Assembly: GCF_001194135.2 (NCBI RefSeq)
Contig: NC_068981.1
Span: 24,194,583 to 24,228,429, forward strand
DNA length: 33,847 bases
Source of the DNA: Octopus bimaculoides
Lineage: Eukaryota
Reading direction: 5' to 3'
Each line of letters begins with the position of its first letter. Within the stretch, counting starts at the first letter, position 1. The notes below the pieces were generated by a model. It made no database searches and was not told the DNA's origin. It worked only from the letters and a program-made list of their open reading frames with translations. Both the position numbers and the translations under genes were made by a program. Below are positions 10,794 through 22,980 of this stretch, in pieces.

Positions 10794-12044
10794 GTATTTC
10801 GTATCATCCATATCTCTTAGCTCACCATCAAATGTATTACACCTATGCCCTTTGCTCTCTACTTTTTCACTTTCCAGACAGTAACCATCTTATCATTACA
10901 TTTGGTAACCCGTCCTTGTCTATTCTGAGTGCATAGCCAAGCCATTTGAGCCGAGGGAATTTTATTTCCAAGACCACAGGATTGCAAACAGTTTGGTGAC
11001 ATAGCTTGTCATTTCATCTTTTACTGGGTCAGAAGGTGCGACTGATTTTACACATGTACTCAAGATGGAAAACATTGATCTGAATCACATCACTTTCTAC
11101 AATTCACCAGCGTTCTAAGCCATATTTATTAAGCAGATAAGGTGGAATCCAATCTTAGTCCTAAAATTGTATTGTACAGATTTCAAGATCAACTGAAGTC
11201 TTTGCCAGGTCATTTACATACACGAGTAGTTAATCGTAATCAGTAATAAATGCAGGGCTTTTGGAATTTTTAGACATAACTGTATTTTTGAGATATCGAT
11301 ATTAAGTCAGTAGTAGGTAGGTTCGTATGTATGTATGTATATATGTATGTATGTATCTATGTATGTATGCATGTATGTATGTGTGTGTGTATATATGAAT
11401 GTAGGTAGGTAGGTAGGTAGGTAGGTAGGTAAGGAGGGAGGGAGGTCTATCTATATATTTATATGTATAATCATTCAACAAAAGGGTTCGATTTGCATAA
11501 GTGTTCAGCCTGCAATTTTCTCGCGTACATTTATCTGTCGAAAAGAAGGCACCAAAGCATCCACATAAGAAATATACTTTTAAATCTGATGGTGGCTGGT
11601 ACGTTCACTGTGTAAAATATTGGGTGCTCAGAGCGAGCCCCCACCGGCTTGCATATAAAAATCTCACAGGATACACCTAGCCCTACCCTTTGTTGTCTTA
11701 TACAAGATTTAGACTGCTTGTGCGAGGACCAACATGATGTTGGTCAGAACTCTCCCAATTTCCCTCAAACCTTTGGTTAGTCTCATTTCCTTTCCCAAAG
11801 CCATTAACGCTACGGTATTTCTTTCTTCTCTTCGCTACAATTCCATGGACTCCATTTTACGTGACAACTTCTCGAACAAATGATGTCTATTCAACGCCGC
11901 GAATTGTCTGTTCCTCGATGCATTGAAGAGTACTAAACTTCCTCTACTCCTACCCATATTCGGATATATTCACGCGCGCGCGCGCGCAGACTCAGACGCG
12001 CGCAATCGCTATCGCGCACACACACACACACACTTAAGTTGTTT

Positions 12045-12395
12045 ATTGTATTGTTGGCACTCCGTCGCTTACGACGTCGAGGGTTCCAGTTGATCCGATC
12101 AACGGAACAGCCTGCTCGTGAAATTAACGTGCAAGTGGCTGAGAGTTCTCGGGGATATTCAGTGTGACAAGGCTGACCCTTTGAATAACAGGCACAACAG
12201 AAACAGGAAGTAAGAGCGAGAGAAAGTTGTGGTGAAAGAGTACAGCAGGGTTCACCACCATCCCCTGCCGGAGCCTCGTGGAGCTTTTAGGTGTTTTCGC
12301 TCAATAAACACTCACAACGCCCGGTCTGGGAATCGAAACCGCGATCCTATGACCGCGAGTCCGCTGCCTTAACCACTGGGCCATTGCGCGTCCAC
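12045..12395 (-). mobile_element. tRNA-derived SINE, family C (tRNA-Arg-like head)
   Basis: Reverse complement of GTGGACGCGCAATGGCCCAGTGGTTAAGGCAGCGGACTCGCGGTC...GCGACGGAGTGCCAACAA; absent at the homologous site of the right IR arm (~21950). Confidence 0.9.
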
Positions 12396-12819
12396 AACTC
12401 GCTCAAACAGAGACACTTGTGTACTCACATATATATTCTTGTCGACCTATCCTCCTACGCACCAACCTTGTTCTTTTCTTCTATTCCTGTTGCGCAGGTC
12501 TGACATTTCCTCTATACGTGACACACCTCAACACTCTTCTCAGCGACTTCTTATTTTCTTGACCCAATTTCTACCTTTTATTCCAGAATAAACATTGACA
12601 ATAACATACAGAAGATTTTCTCATATTTTTTCGATGAATTAAAAACCAATGCTACGAAAATATTTTCTTCGCTCATTTATGTAAAATAGCATGCTTCCTT
12701 TTTAATTATTTCCGATTCTGAACTTTACTTTATATCAACATATGAATCATTCAACAAACGCTGTTTAGATATTCATATATTTTTAACATAAAGGCTATCT
12801 GACGAAGTCGAAACAGAAC

Positions 12820-12892
12820 GGCCGCGTGGCCTAATGGATAAGGCGTCTGACTTCGAATCAGAAGATTGCGAGTTCGAGTCTCGTTGTGGTCG
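12820..12892 (+). tRNA. tRNA-Arg-TCG: tRNA-Arg(UCG), intact (C66T gives a G7:U66 wobble)
   Basis: Full cloverleaf followed by AATCGTTTTTTTCTTTTTTTT, a Pol III terminator. Confidence 0.93.
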
Positions 12893-13489
12893 AATCGTTT
12901 TTTTCTTTTTTTTACACACAAGTGTGTTGATGCATAATATTGCATTATATAACATGTAATTTATACATTACATACGTAATAAACTAGTTTCTTTATATTT
13001 TGATTATACCACAAATTACGAGATTGTATACCATCAAGTATTTCCCCACTGTTCATCTTCTCAGTCTTCCGCATAACTCAAGTAAATTGATCAGTAAATC
13101 CATTGATTAGCCCCAGTTCAACCAGAAGGGGCAAACCAGTGATCACAGGAATTTTATTCGTAACCAATTGTTCCTTCTATTCCAGCTATTTGTCTAATGT
13201 GCCCGTAGCTGCTAGATTTACCCAAAAGAAAAAGATTAAACCTTTGGAAAAGAATAACGAGACTCTTCTCCATTCTGCTATGTGGTTATCCTCTATTCGT
13301 GGTTTGTGATATAATCTTTATATTTAGGATTATTGACAGCTTATCCTAAACAATATTAGTAACAATATTGTGAATGGACAGCTGCTAGAATTGTATTTGT
13401 TGCTCGAACAGCAGCTGGGAAAAGTAGATGATATTCATACATTGTTATTACTGTTACCTGAATACAGGTACCAACATTGTGAATGGATA

Positions 13490-13547
<58 letters not shown>

Positions 13548-14820
13548 TTATGACATAGAATTTAACACACACACACACATACATACACATACACACACTC
13601 TCACGTACATACATGTATACGTGCATTCATATATGTATGCAAGTAACCAGATATGTAAAAGAAGACGGTAGGTAAATACGTAGGTAAGTAAGTAGGAAGG
13701 TAGGTAGGTAGGTAGGTAGGTAGGTAGGTCTATTTATATATTTATGAATGTATTGTACTGATGACACCTATTGATACAGTGACACGTGGCCGCAGCTGTC
13801 CACATGCCACTAGAAAAAACATCAGAAAGTCTTTTTCTTAATGGTAAATATCAATATCGGAGAATTGTTAATTGTTAACATTATGTATCTTTCTTACTCG
13901 GAGCCGGTTGCAGCTACCACTGCATATTCGCTTACCTATTTCCGAAGCAAAGATGTTTTCATTAAATCAAGAATTTATTTTGCATGGAATTTCATATATA
14001 TTTTGTCACTAAACAGAAAATAGTAAGAGGAAAACCCTGATTTAGATAGATCCACTGTGCAAATTCTTTCGGTTGGCTTCAAGGAAATAAGATCACCCGG
14101 AAGTCTAGGGTTTAATACCCTCTGAAAGCAGCATTTTGAAAACAGCAGGACACCTAGGAGTCATCACTTCAGTGGGCTCGAATCTCTCAGAGTATCGGGA
14201 ACACACCGGCCGAAACCACTCGCTTGACGGGAGTGTTTCTGAAGATTGTTCTTTCTGTCTGCTCGCCCCATAGCCAGTTTCCATTTACCATTCGTTTTTT
14301 GTTGTCCAAACTAATGTCTCTGGCCACTATGATTTATTTCTCTTGGACTATTTTTACTTCAAGAATTAGGCTAAATTATATTTATTAGGCTGAATTGTAC
14401 AGAAATATAATTCTGTTTCAACACATCTTTCCACAGCAATTAATGTANNNNNNNNNNNNNNNNNNNNNNNNNNNNNNNNNNNNNNNNNNNNNNNNNNNNN
14501 NNNNNNNNNNNNNNNNNNNNNNNNNNNNNNNNNNNNNNNNNNNNNNNNNNNNNNNNNNNNNNNNNNNNNNNNNNNNNNNNNNNNNNNNNNNNNNNNNNNN
14601 NNNNNNNNNNNNNNNNNNNNNNNNNNNNNNNNNNNNNNNNNNNNNNNNNNNNNNNNNNNNNNNNNNNNNNNNNNNNNNNNNNNNNNNNNNNNNNNNNNNN
14701 NNNNNNNNNNNNNNNNNNNNNNNNNNNNNNNNNNNNNNNNNNNNNNNNNNNNNNNNNNNNNNNNNNNNNNNNNNNNNNNNNNNNNNNNNNNNNNNNNTGT
14801 GTGTGTGTGTGTGTGTAAAG

Positions 14821-14925
14821 GGGCTATAGTAGAAGACGTTTTCCTATGGTACCACTCGGAGAGACTGAAACCGAAAGAAAGTGGTTGTAAAGCGATTTTC
14901 TTAACCGCACAGCTATGTCTGCGCT
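14821..14925 (-). mobile_element. SINE family A, degenerate head
   Basis: GGGCTATAGTAGAAGAC...GACTGAAACC...AACCGCACAGCTATGTCTGCGC. Confidence 0.6.
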
Positions 14926-14932
14926 TATATGT

Positions 14933-15565
14933 ATATATAATTGTTAAAGAGGACAACAAACGTTAAGGCAAGGCAAACATCTCAAGTCATATACATTATT
15001 ATTATTATTGGGAAAAAGATTCAAAATCTTACAGCTGTTACTGGGATATGCCAGAGTATAGGACATTCCGTCACTGGAGACAAAATGAGAAGAGCATAGA
15101 TTAATGAAATGACGACATAGAGGACAGGAGTAAAGGAATAAGGAGATGAAGTAAGAGAAGAAAAAAGAATTATAAAAGTTCACAAGTTCAAAATTCCGAG
15201 CGTATAGAAGTAAGTCCATAAGTCCTTAGGTGCAATCCTGCGTAAATCCATCTAAGTTAAAGTCCTAATAGTGTAAATATCCAGAAAAAGACGAGAACAT
15301 ATCAACGTTCAATGACATGTATTTACGCAGAATTTCACTTATGGACTTACTTCTACACGATCGGAAAGTTGAACTGTGAACTTTAATGCTTCTTTTTTCT
15401 TCTCTTTCTTCATCTTGTTATTCCTTTACTCTGGGTTATCTCATACTCTGGGATATCCCAGAAACAGTTGTAAGACTTCGAATTTTTTCCCAATAATGAT
15501 AATGTATATGACTTGAGATGTTTGCCTTACCTTAACGTTTGCTGTCCTCTTTAACAATTATATAT
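14933..15565. repeat. Foldback inverted repeat (arms 14933-15251 and 15317-15565, 65-bp spacer)
   Basis: Arms are reverse complements (ATATATAATTGTTAAAGAGGAC... / ...GTCCTCTTTAACAATTATATAT); the right arm has an internal deletion. Confidence 0.9.
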
Positions 15566-16111
15566 CCGCTATATCGGAAATCTGCAATAGCTCCATAACT
15601 ACCGTCTCGGCTTTAACCTTGGAGCTCTAGTAATCCATTACATTTACTAAGCGTACCTAGTCGTTTAGATCACCTGTTAACTAAACCCCCACATTTTGCA
15701 TACATACATACATATATANNNNNNNNNNNNNNNNNNNNNNNNNNNNNNNNNNNNNNNNNNNNNNNNNNNNNNNNNNNNNNNNNNNNNNNNNNNNNNNNNN
15801 NNNNNNNNNNNNNNNNNNNNNNNNNNNNNNNNNNNNNNNNNNNNNNNNNNNNNNNNNNNNNNNNNNNNNNNNNNNNNNNNNNNNNNNNNNNNNNNNNNNN
15901 NNNNNNNNNNNNNNNNNNNNNNNNNNNNNNNNNNNNNNNNNNNNNNNNNNNNNNNNNNNNNNNNNNNNNAATTATTACGAATAAAAAGGTAAAGGATTAT
16001 TAATTTATTAATAAATTAATAATTAATATTTTTTACCAAGCCCTTCGGTATGTAAACACCATTATCGGTGAAGAACTTATTTAAAAGTTCTTATACATTT
16101 ATAAGCATAAT

Positions 16112-16305
16112 TAAGGGATCAGTAACAATTGCTTCACCACATACCGAAGTTCAGAAATAGCAGCTAAAGTGCTGAAACTCCAACAGATAGCAATACTTGT
16201 AACTCACAAAGGCAAAACAAGAAGAAAAATAACGAAACTAACCAGCACTTTAGCTGCTATTTCTGAACTTCGGTATGTGGTGAAGCAATTGTTGCTGATC
16301 CCTTA
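16112..16305. repeat. Near-perfect hairpin: 63-bp arms (1 mismatch), 68-bp spacer
   Basis: 16112-16174 vs reverse complement of 16243-16305. Confidence 0.93.
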
Positions 16306-17365
16306 TGTATATATATATACATAATACATACATACATACATACATAAACACACACACGTACATATAGCCCTATATATGTATATATGTAAATATAAATATG
16401 ACTATATGTGTGCGTATGTGCGCGCGAGCACGTGTGTCTTTGAGTTTATTCCCCCCCCCCCCAACCTCTTGTATTTATATATTTATATCCATAAATGAGA
16501 TATAAAGCAGTGCAAACAACCCGGAGGTGCAAAGAACTTGATACGAAGATGTAGACTAATTCATAAATTTTATATTCAGCTGAAATTACATAGATTGAGG
16601 CTATAAATATCAAGTTTTACTTATTCTCAAGTAATCAATGAAATAAAAGAAATCATCATATATTTATTAATATCGGAGATAAAACATAAAATCTTAGAAT
16701 ACGCACGTTTATGACTTATCAAATCTTTTGTTGTCGCTGTAACGTGTTATATTATTGCAGAAACCGGCTGCCTTTCACCTTCGAGTCTTTTTGATAGAAG
16801 ACGATAGAAATGATGAGTATTCGGTGTAGATTGACTTCATAAAATATTTGAGATTTTGAAGCATTCTTTAGTGTATTATGCGACACTTCGGTTTTCAACA
16901 GGTGGCTGATATAAAATATTATAATAAATATTTTGATTTGTAGTAACGGAAAGAAACAAAATTGAATTGGGGCGTAGGACTAGCTGTGTGGTTCAAAATG
17001 CTTCCATTGCATAGAAGCAATTATTGGGATACATATGAAAGTTTCCACCTTTTGTTTTGCATATATACCTATATACATATTTTGTAATTAATGTACTTAA
17101 TATATTTAATATATTTGCTTATCCCAGTAATTGCTTATATATTTCGCTTAGGCATACCGATACTAATAACCTGGTATTAGAACCTAATATGCATATGCTT
17201 CAGAACGAAGTGTCAATCGAGTACAGAGCAGTAATAAGAAATTGGGATGACAAATAAATAAATAATTGTTATAAACTTCATTACTTAATGAAGTTCATAA
17301 CAATAATTGTTTATTGCCTGTTCATCCCAGTTTCTTATATATAAATAGATATCTATACATACATA

Positions 17366-17811
17366 GGCGCAGGAGTGGCTGTGTGGTAACTAGCTTGCTT
17401 ACCAACCACATGACTCCGGGTTCATTCCCACTGTGTGGCACCTTGAGCAAGTGTCTTCTACTATAGCCTCGGACCGACCAAAGCCTTGTGAGTGAATTTG
17501 GTAGACGGAAACTGAAAGAAGCCCGTCGTATATATGTATATATATATATGTATGTATGTATGTATGTATATATGGGTGTGTGTGTGTGTGTGTGTGTGTA
17601 TGCTTGTGTGTCTGTGTTTTCCCCCAACATCGCTTGACAACCGATGGTGGTGTGTTTACGTCCCCGTAACTTAGCGGTTCGGTACAAGGATCCGATAGAA
17701 TAAGTACTAGGCTTCCAAAGAATAAGTCCTGGGGTCGATTTGCTCGACTAAAGGCGGTGCTCCAGCATGGCCGCAGTCAAATGACTGAAACAAGTAAAAG
17801 AGAGTAAAGAG
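17366..17811 (+). mobile_element. SINE family A, full length
   Basis: Complete head (A box TGGCTGTGTGG, B-box-like GGTTCATTCCC), internal microsatellite and GTAAAAGAG tail. Confidence 0.92.
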
Positions 17812-18089
17812 AGACACATGTACATATTCGTACGCACTCAACACACACATACACACGCGCAAATACACAGAGTGCGAGAGATATTTAGAGGATAAATATC
17901 ATAATTTATTAAAACAACTCTAATCTAATAAAAACCAAATGCATTAAAAAAAAACTGTGCCCATGTTCTCGATAAGTTTCCTTTTAAGACTATATTATGA
18001 ATCTATAATAAGTTTCGATGGCAGCTTCAATGCTAGACCGGGAACTTTGAAGTATCTGTACTATATGTCATTATTAGTTTCAGAGATCA

Positions 18090-18431
18090 GGAGGCGCAAT
18101 GGCCCAGTGGTTTCGACTCCCAGACCAGGCGTGGTGAGTGTTTATTGAGCGAAAACACCTAAAGCTCCACGAGGCTCCGGCAGGGGATGGTGGCGAACCC
18201 TGCTGTACTCCTCCACCACAACTTTCTCTTACTTCTTGTTTCTGTTGTGCTTGTAATTCAAAGGGTCAGCCTTGTCACACTGTGTCACGCTTAATTTCCC
18301 CGAGAAGTACGTTAAGGGTACACGTGTCTGTGGAGTGCTCAGCCACTTGCACGTTAATTTCACGAGCAGGCTATTCCGTTGATCCGATCAATTGGAACCC
18401 TCGACGTCGTAAGCGACGGAGTGCCAACAAC
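18090..18431 (+). mobile_element. SINE family C with 14-bp TSD (head internally deleted)
   Basis: Flanked by the direct repeat AGTTTCAGAGATCA (18076-18089 and 18432-18445); ends GTGCCAACAAC. Confidence 0.92.
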
Positions 18432-18846
18432 AGTTTCAGAGATCACAGGACACTTGGATCCTTCAGTAAAGTTATAGTATTATGAAGATGTCTATGAGTC
18501 TCCATCTCAAAAACGTTCCAAATGTTACAGCCAATGGGATTTAAATCTATCGAGTTTGAGCGCAACGAGTTTGATGTTATATATCGTAAAATTGTGTGAT
18601 TTCAATTCTTCGTTCAAGTTGGTTTTGTGAGAATGTCCTGAGTCATGTTGAAAAACTTATCATCTGTCTCTAGTACCTCATCCTATCCACCAGCATTAAT
18701 TCTATGAGTCTGTGGAAAGAGATGAGCTGGTATGATATGACTTTTCTTACTTACCACTACTAATACAAGAACAGACGCTGGAAACGTAGTGTGTATTATC
18801 GCGGGACATGAGAATGATCTACACGTAACTCACATGTTTAGGTTAT

Positions 18847-19048
18847 CTTTACTCTTTTACTTGTTTCAGTCATTTGACTGCGGCTATGCTGGAGCACCGC
18901 CTTTAGTCGAGCAAATCGACCCCAGTACTTATTCTTTGTTAGCCTAGTACTTATTCTATCGGTCCGTCTTGCCGAACCGCTAAGTTACGGGGACGTAAAC
19001 ACACCAGCATCAGTTGTCAAGCGATGTTGGGGGGACAAACACAGACAA

Positions 19049-19081
<33 letters not shown>

Positions 19082-19287
19082 NNNNNNNNNNNNNNNNNNN
19101 NNNNNNNNNNNNNNNNNNNNNNNNNNNNNNNNNNNNNNNNNNNNNNNTATATACAACGGACTTCTTTCAGTTTCTGTCTACCAATTCCACTCACAAGGCT
19201 ATGGTCGGCCCGAAGCTATAGTAGAAGACACTTGCCCAAGGTGCCACGCAGTGGGACTGAACCCGGAACCATGTGGTTGGTAAGCTA
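18847..19287 (-). mobile_element. SINE family A (gap inside the internal microsatellite)
   Basis: Tail-to-head reverse-complement match; extreme 5' end missing. Confidence 0.9.
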
Positions 19288-19676
19288 TACAAATTATAGC
19301 CAGCACTGATTTGTTACGACGTTTCGTATCCGAATACGTTTAATGTAAACAATGATGCGATCGAAGATGGAAAAACAGAGATAGCGTCAACATGCGATTT
19401 AATAGCATTGCTAACACAGTAAAACACGATATTGACTTACAAAGCGTTTAATACACTTTCTGGTATATTATGGTTGCATAACGAAATACAGTTTCCCTAC
19501 ATGTAATTATGTACGTACGAGTTTGTTTAATATGTAAAACTGTTATATCCAGTAATGATACACCACTATATTTAGTGGTTATTTAAGCAATGAGTTTGTG
19601 GATTGTTAATGGGTTGGATGTAATGTTGAAGAAGGAACAAGAACTATACAAATATGAATTTTCATCTAATACTCAT

Positions 19677-20154
19677 TTTTACCCTGCACGCGTAAGCGAA
19701 AGCGAGCTATTGTAATCACTCGTCTTCGACTTCTGTTTCTCTGTGTGCTTGCGAAATTGCTAGAAAATGGCTGAACGGATTTTCATCACATTTAGCAGAA
19801 ATACTCTTTGGGTGAGTGGCTCAAAATGATGAAAATTCGGTTTGATTATCTTCAAACAAACATAAATACATACATAGATATGCGACTGTGTGTGTGTGTG
19901 TGTGTGTGTTACAATGATGGATTCGAGGGTTTCGTTTATTTACGAGTTGATTTCTTAATTCCATCGGAGTATAAATACCTATGATGGTCAAACTTCAAAA
20001 AAAAAAAAATTTAATCATACTTACATATTTCCCGATAACCAAATTTAGTCAAACACTTACAAAATTTAATTCAATTCAATTAAAAAGCATGGGTGAGCAA
20101 CGCAGAGTAAGCCAGACTATATTTTGCGAAACGATTTATTTGCAGGCAGGGTAT
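19677..20154 (+). mobile_element. Possible non-autonomous Helentron (DINE-1/HINE-like) element
   Basis: Starts TTTTACCCTGC and ends GCAGGGTAT (short inverted repeats); contains CTAGAAAATGGCTGAACGGATTTTCATC and an internal microsatellite, an architecture reminiscent of DINE-1-like elements. Confidence 0.4.
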
Positions 20155-20883
20155 GCATCGCCTCCACGGTGCCTTTATTTCATTCCCTTTCGATCGCTTT
20201 GTTTACGTCAGACGCATTCGGATACGTATGTGTGTATGTGTGTGTGTGTTAAATTCTATGACATAATGATATATATTCTATCCATTCACAATGTTGGTAC
20301 CCGTATTCAGGTAACAGTAATAACAATGTATGAATATCATCTACTTTTCCCAGCTGCTGTTCGAGCAACAAATACAATTCTAGCAGCTGTCCATTCACAA
20401 TATTGTTACTAATATTGTTTAGGATAAGCTGTCAATAAAACTAAATATAAAGATTATATCGCAAACCAGGAATAGAGGATAACCACATAGCAGAATGGCG
20501 AAGAGTCTCGTTATTCTTTTCCAAAGGTTTAATCTTTTTCTTTTGGCTAAATCTAGCAGCTACGGGCACATTAGACAAATAGCTGGAATAGAAGGAACAG
20601 TTGGTTACGAATAAAATTCCTGTGATCATTGGTTTGCCCCTTCTGGTTGAACTGGGGCTAACCAATGGATTTACTGATCAATTTACTCGAGTTATGCGGA
20701 AGACTGAGAAGATGAGCAATGGGGAAATACTTAATGGTGTACAATCTCGTAATTTGTGGCATAATCAAAATACAGATACGAGTTTATTACGTATGTAATA
20801 TATAAATTACATGTTATATAATGCAACATTATGTATGAGCACACTTGTGTTTTAAAAAGAATACGAAACAAAAGTTAACAATT

Positions 20884-20956
20884 CGACCACGACGAGACTC
20901 GAACTCGCAATCTTCTGATTCGAATTCAGACGCCTTATCCATTAGGCCACGCGGCC
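20884..20956 (-). tRNA. tRNA-Arg-TCG: tRNA-Arg(UCG), variant with C32A in the anticodon loop
   Basis: One difference from the intact copy; anticodon arm TCTGA-ATTCGAA-TCAGA. Confidence 0.85.
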
Positions 20957-21048
20957 GTACTACTTCGGTTTCATCAGATAGCCTTTATGTTAAAAAACGT
21001 TTAGATCTAAACCGTGTTTGTTGAATAGTTTATATGTTGATATAAAGT

Positions 21049-21420
21049 GTGGAGGCGCAATGGCCCAGTGGTTAGGGCAGCGGACTTGCGGTCATAGAAT
21101 CGCGGTTTCGACTCCCAGACCAGGCGTGGTGAGTGTTTATTGAGCGAAAACACCTAAAGCTCCACGAGGCTCCGGCAGGGGATGGTGGCGAACCCTGCTG
21201 TACTTTTTCACCACAACTTTCTCTCACTCTTACTTCCTGTTTCAGTTGTGCCTGTAATTGAAAGGGTCAGCCTTGTCACGCTGAATATCCCCGAGAACTA
21301 CGTTAAGGTTACACGTGTCTGTGGAGTGCTCAGCCACTTCCACGTTAATTTCACGAGCAGGCTGTTCCGTTGATCGGATCAATTGGAACCCTCGACGTCG
21401 TAAGCGACGCAGTGCCAACA
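21049..21420 (+). mobile_element. SINE family C, full length, bracketed by ~217-bp direct repeats
   Basis: GTGGAGGCGCAATGGCCCAGTGGTTAGGGC...AGTGCCAACA; flanks 20831-21048 and 21421-21636 are homologous. Confidence 0.92.
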
Positions 21421-21473
21421 ATGTATAAGCACACTTGTGTGTAAAAAAAAAAGCAAAAAAGAAAGGAAAGTTT

Positions 21474-21546
21474 CGACCACGACGAGACTCGAACTCGCAA
21501 TCTTCTAATTCGAAGTCAGACGCCTTATCCATTAGGCCACGCGGCC
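21474..21546 (-). tRNA. tRNA-Arg-TCG: tRNA-Arg(UCG), variant (C40T gives a G30:U40 wobble)
   Basis: One difference from the intact copy; T-rich terminator follows. Confidence 0.88.
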
Positions 21547-21965
21547 GACGTGCTGAAATCTCCTCAGATAGCCTATGTTAAAGAATGTTAAGATCTAAAC
21601 CGTGTCTGTTGAATAGTTTATATGTTGATATAAAGTAAAGTTCAAGATCAGAAGTAAAAAGAAAGCATGTTAGTTTAAATAAATGAGCGAAGAAAATATT
21701 TTCGTAGCGTTAGTCTTAGTCTTTCATCGAGCAGGAGAAGGAAGCCTTCTTTATATTGTCGACGTGTATTTGGGAGTAGTGGTAGGGATTGTGTCAAGAA
21801 AATAAGAATTTTCTGAGTAGAAGAGTGTTGAGGTGTATCATATAGGGGAAATGTCAGACCCGCGCAACAGGAATGGAAGTAGGGTACAAGGTTGGTATGC
21901 AGGAGGATAGGTCGACAAGTTAGTACACAGGTGTCTCTGTTTGAGCGAGTTAGCTGGAGGGTCTA

Positions 21966-22004
<39 letters not shown>

Positions 22005-22814
22005 ACATGGGAAAGGAAATGAGACTAACCAAAGGTTTGAGGAAACTTAGGAGTGTTCTAACCAACATGTTGGTCTTCGCACAAGCAGTCTAAGTCCTGT
22101 ATAAGACCACAAAAGATAAAGTTAGGGATATCCTATGAGATTTTTGTATGCAAGCCGGCGGCGCTCTCTCTGAGCACTAATTTTGTTTCACAGTGAACGT
22201 ACCAGCCACCATCTTAAAAGTATCTTTCTTATGTGGATGATTTGGTGTCTTTTCGACAGATAAATGTACGGGAGAAAATTGCAGGCTCAACACTTATGCA
22301 AACTGAATCCTTCCTAAAATCGATAACTCAAAAAATACAAGTCATGCCTGAAAATTCCAAAAGTTCCGCACTTATTAGTGTATATGGGGCGGGGGGCTTG
22401 TCAGGGGCTTCAGTTGATCTTGAAATCTAGACAAAACAATCTTAGGATTAAGATTGGATTCTATCCTATTTGTTCAAATAAATATGGCTCAGAACGCTGG
22501 TGAATTGTAGAAAGTGATGTTATTCAGATCAATGTTTTCCATCTTGAGTACCTGTGTAAAATCTGTCGCACCTTCTGACCCAGTAAAAGATGAAATGACA
22601 AGCTATGTCACCAAACTGTTTGCAGTCCTGTGGTCTTTGAAATAAAATTCCCTCGGCTCAAATGGCTTGGCTATGCACTCAGAATAGACAAGGACGGGTT
22701 ACCAAATGTAACGTTAAGATGGCTATTGACTGGAAAGTGAAAAAGTAGAGAGCAAAGGGCATAGGAGCAGTAGATTTGATGGCAAGCTGAGAGACATAGA
22801 TGATAAGGAAAATA

Positions 22815-22980
22815 GAGGCACGTGGCTTAGTGGTAAGGGTGTTGGACTCATTATCGTAACATTCATGTTTCTATTTCTGGACTGGGTGACGCGTTGTGTT
22901 CGTTTCACGTTGATCTAGTCCATTAAACTGGCAAAAATGAGTAATTCCGCGACGCACCGGTGACACATCCTGGTGGGGAA
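22815..22980 (+). mobile_element. SINE family D (in right IR arm)
   Basis: GAGGCACGTGGCTTAGTGGTAAGGGTGTTGGACTC head; counterpart of 10625-10793. Confidence 0.75.

Larger units (their letters stand above)
10175..13590 (+). repeat. Left arm of a large inverted segmental duplication
   Basis: Colinear reverse-complement homology to ~20225-23259. For example 10175-10268 vs 23167-23259 is near identical, and 13021-13110 vs its counterpart shows about 6 mismatches in 90 nt. Confidence 0.92.

Noticed and set aside
13103-13309. 68-aa ORF preserved in both arms of the inverted duplication (also 20441-20665)
   Set aside because: No recognisable domain and no ATG start; ~93% arm identity is enough to keep a short ORF open by chance.
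17190-17304. IEYRAVI peptide resembling a mariner N-terminus, plus a 19-bp AT-rich hairpin
   Set aside because: The match is too short, with no TIRs or continuing frame.
19312-19350. Minus-strand GTAT-TCGG-ATAC-GAAAC-GTC hammerhead-like remnant
   Set aside because: The CUGANGA core is absent (ATTAAAC in its place); at best a dead relic.
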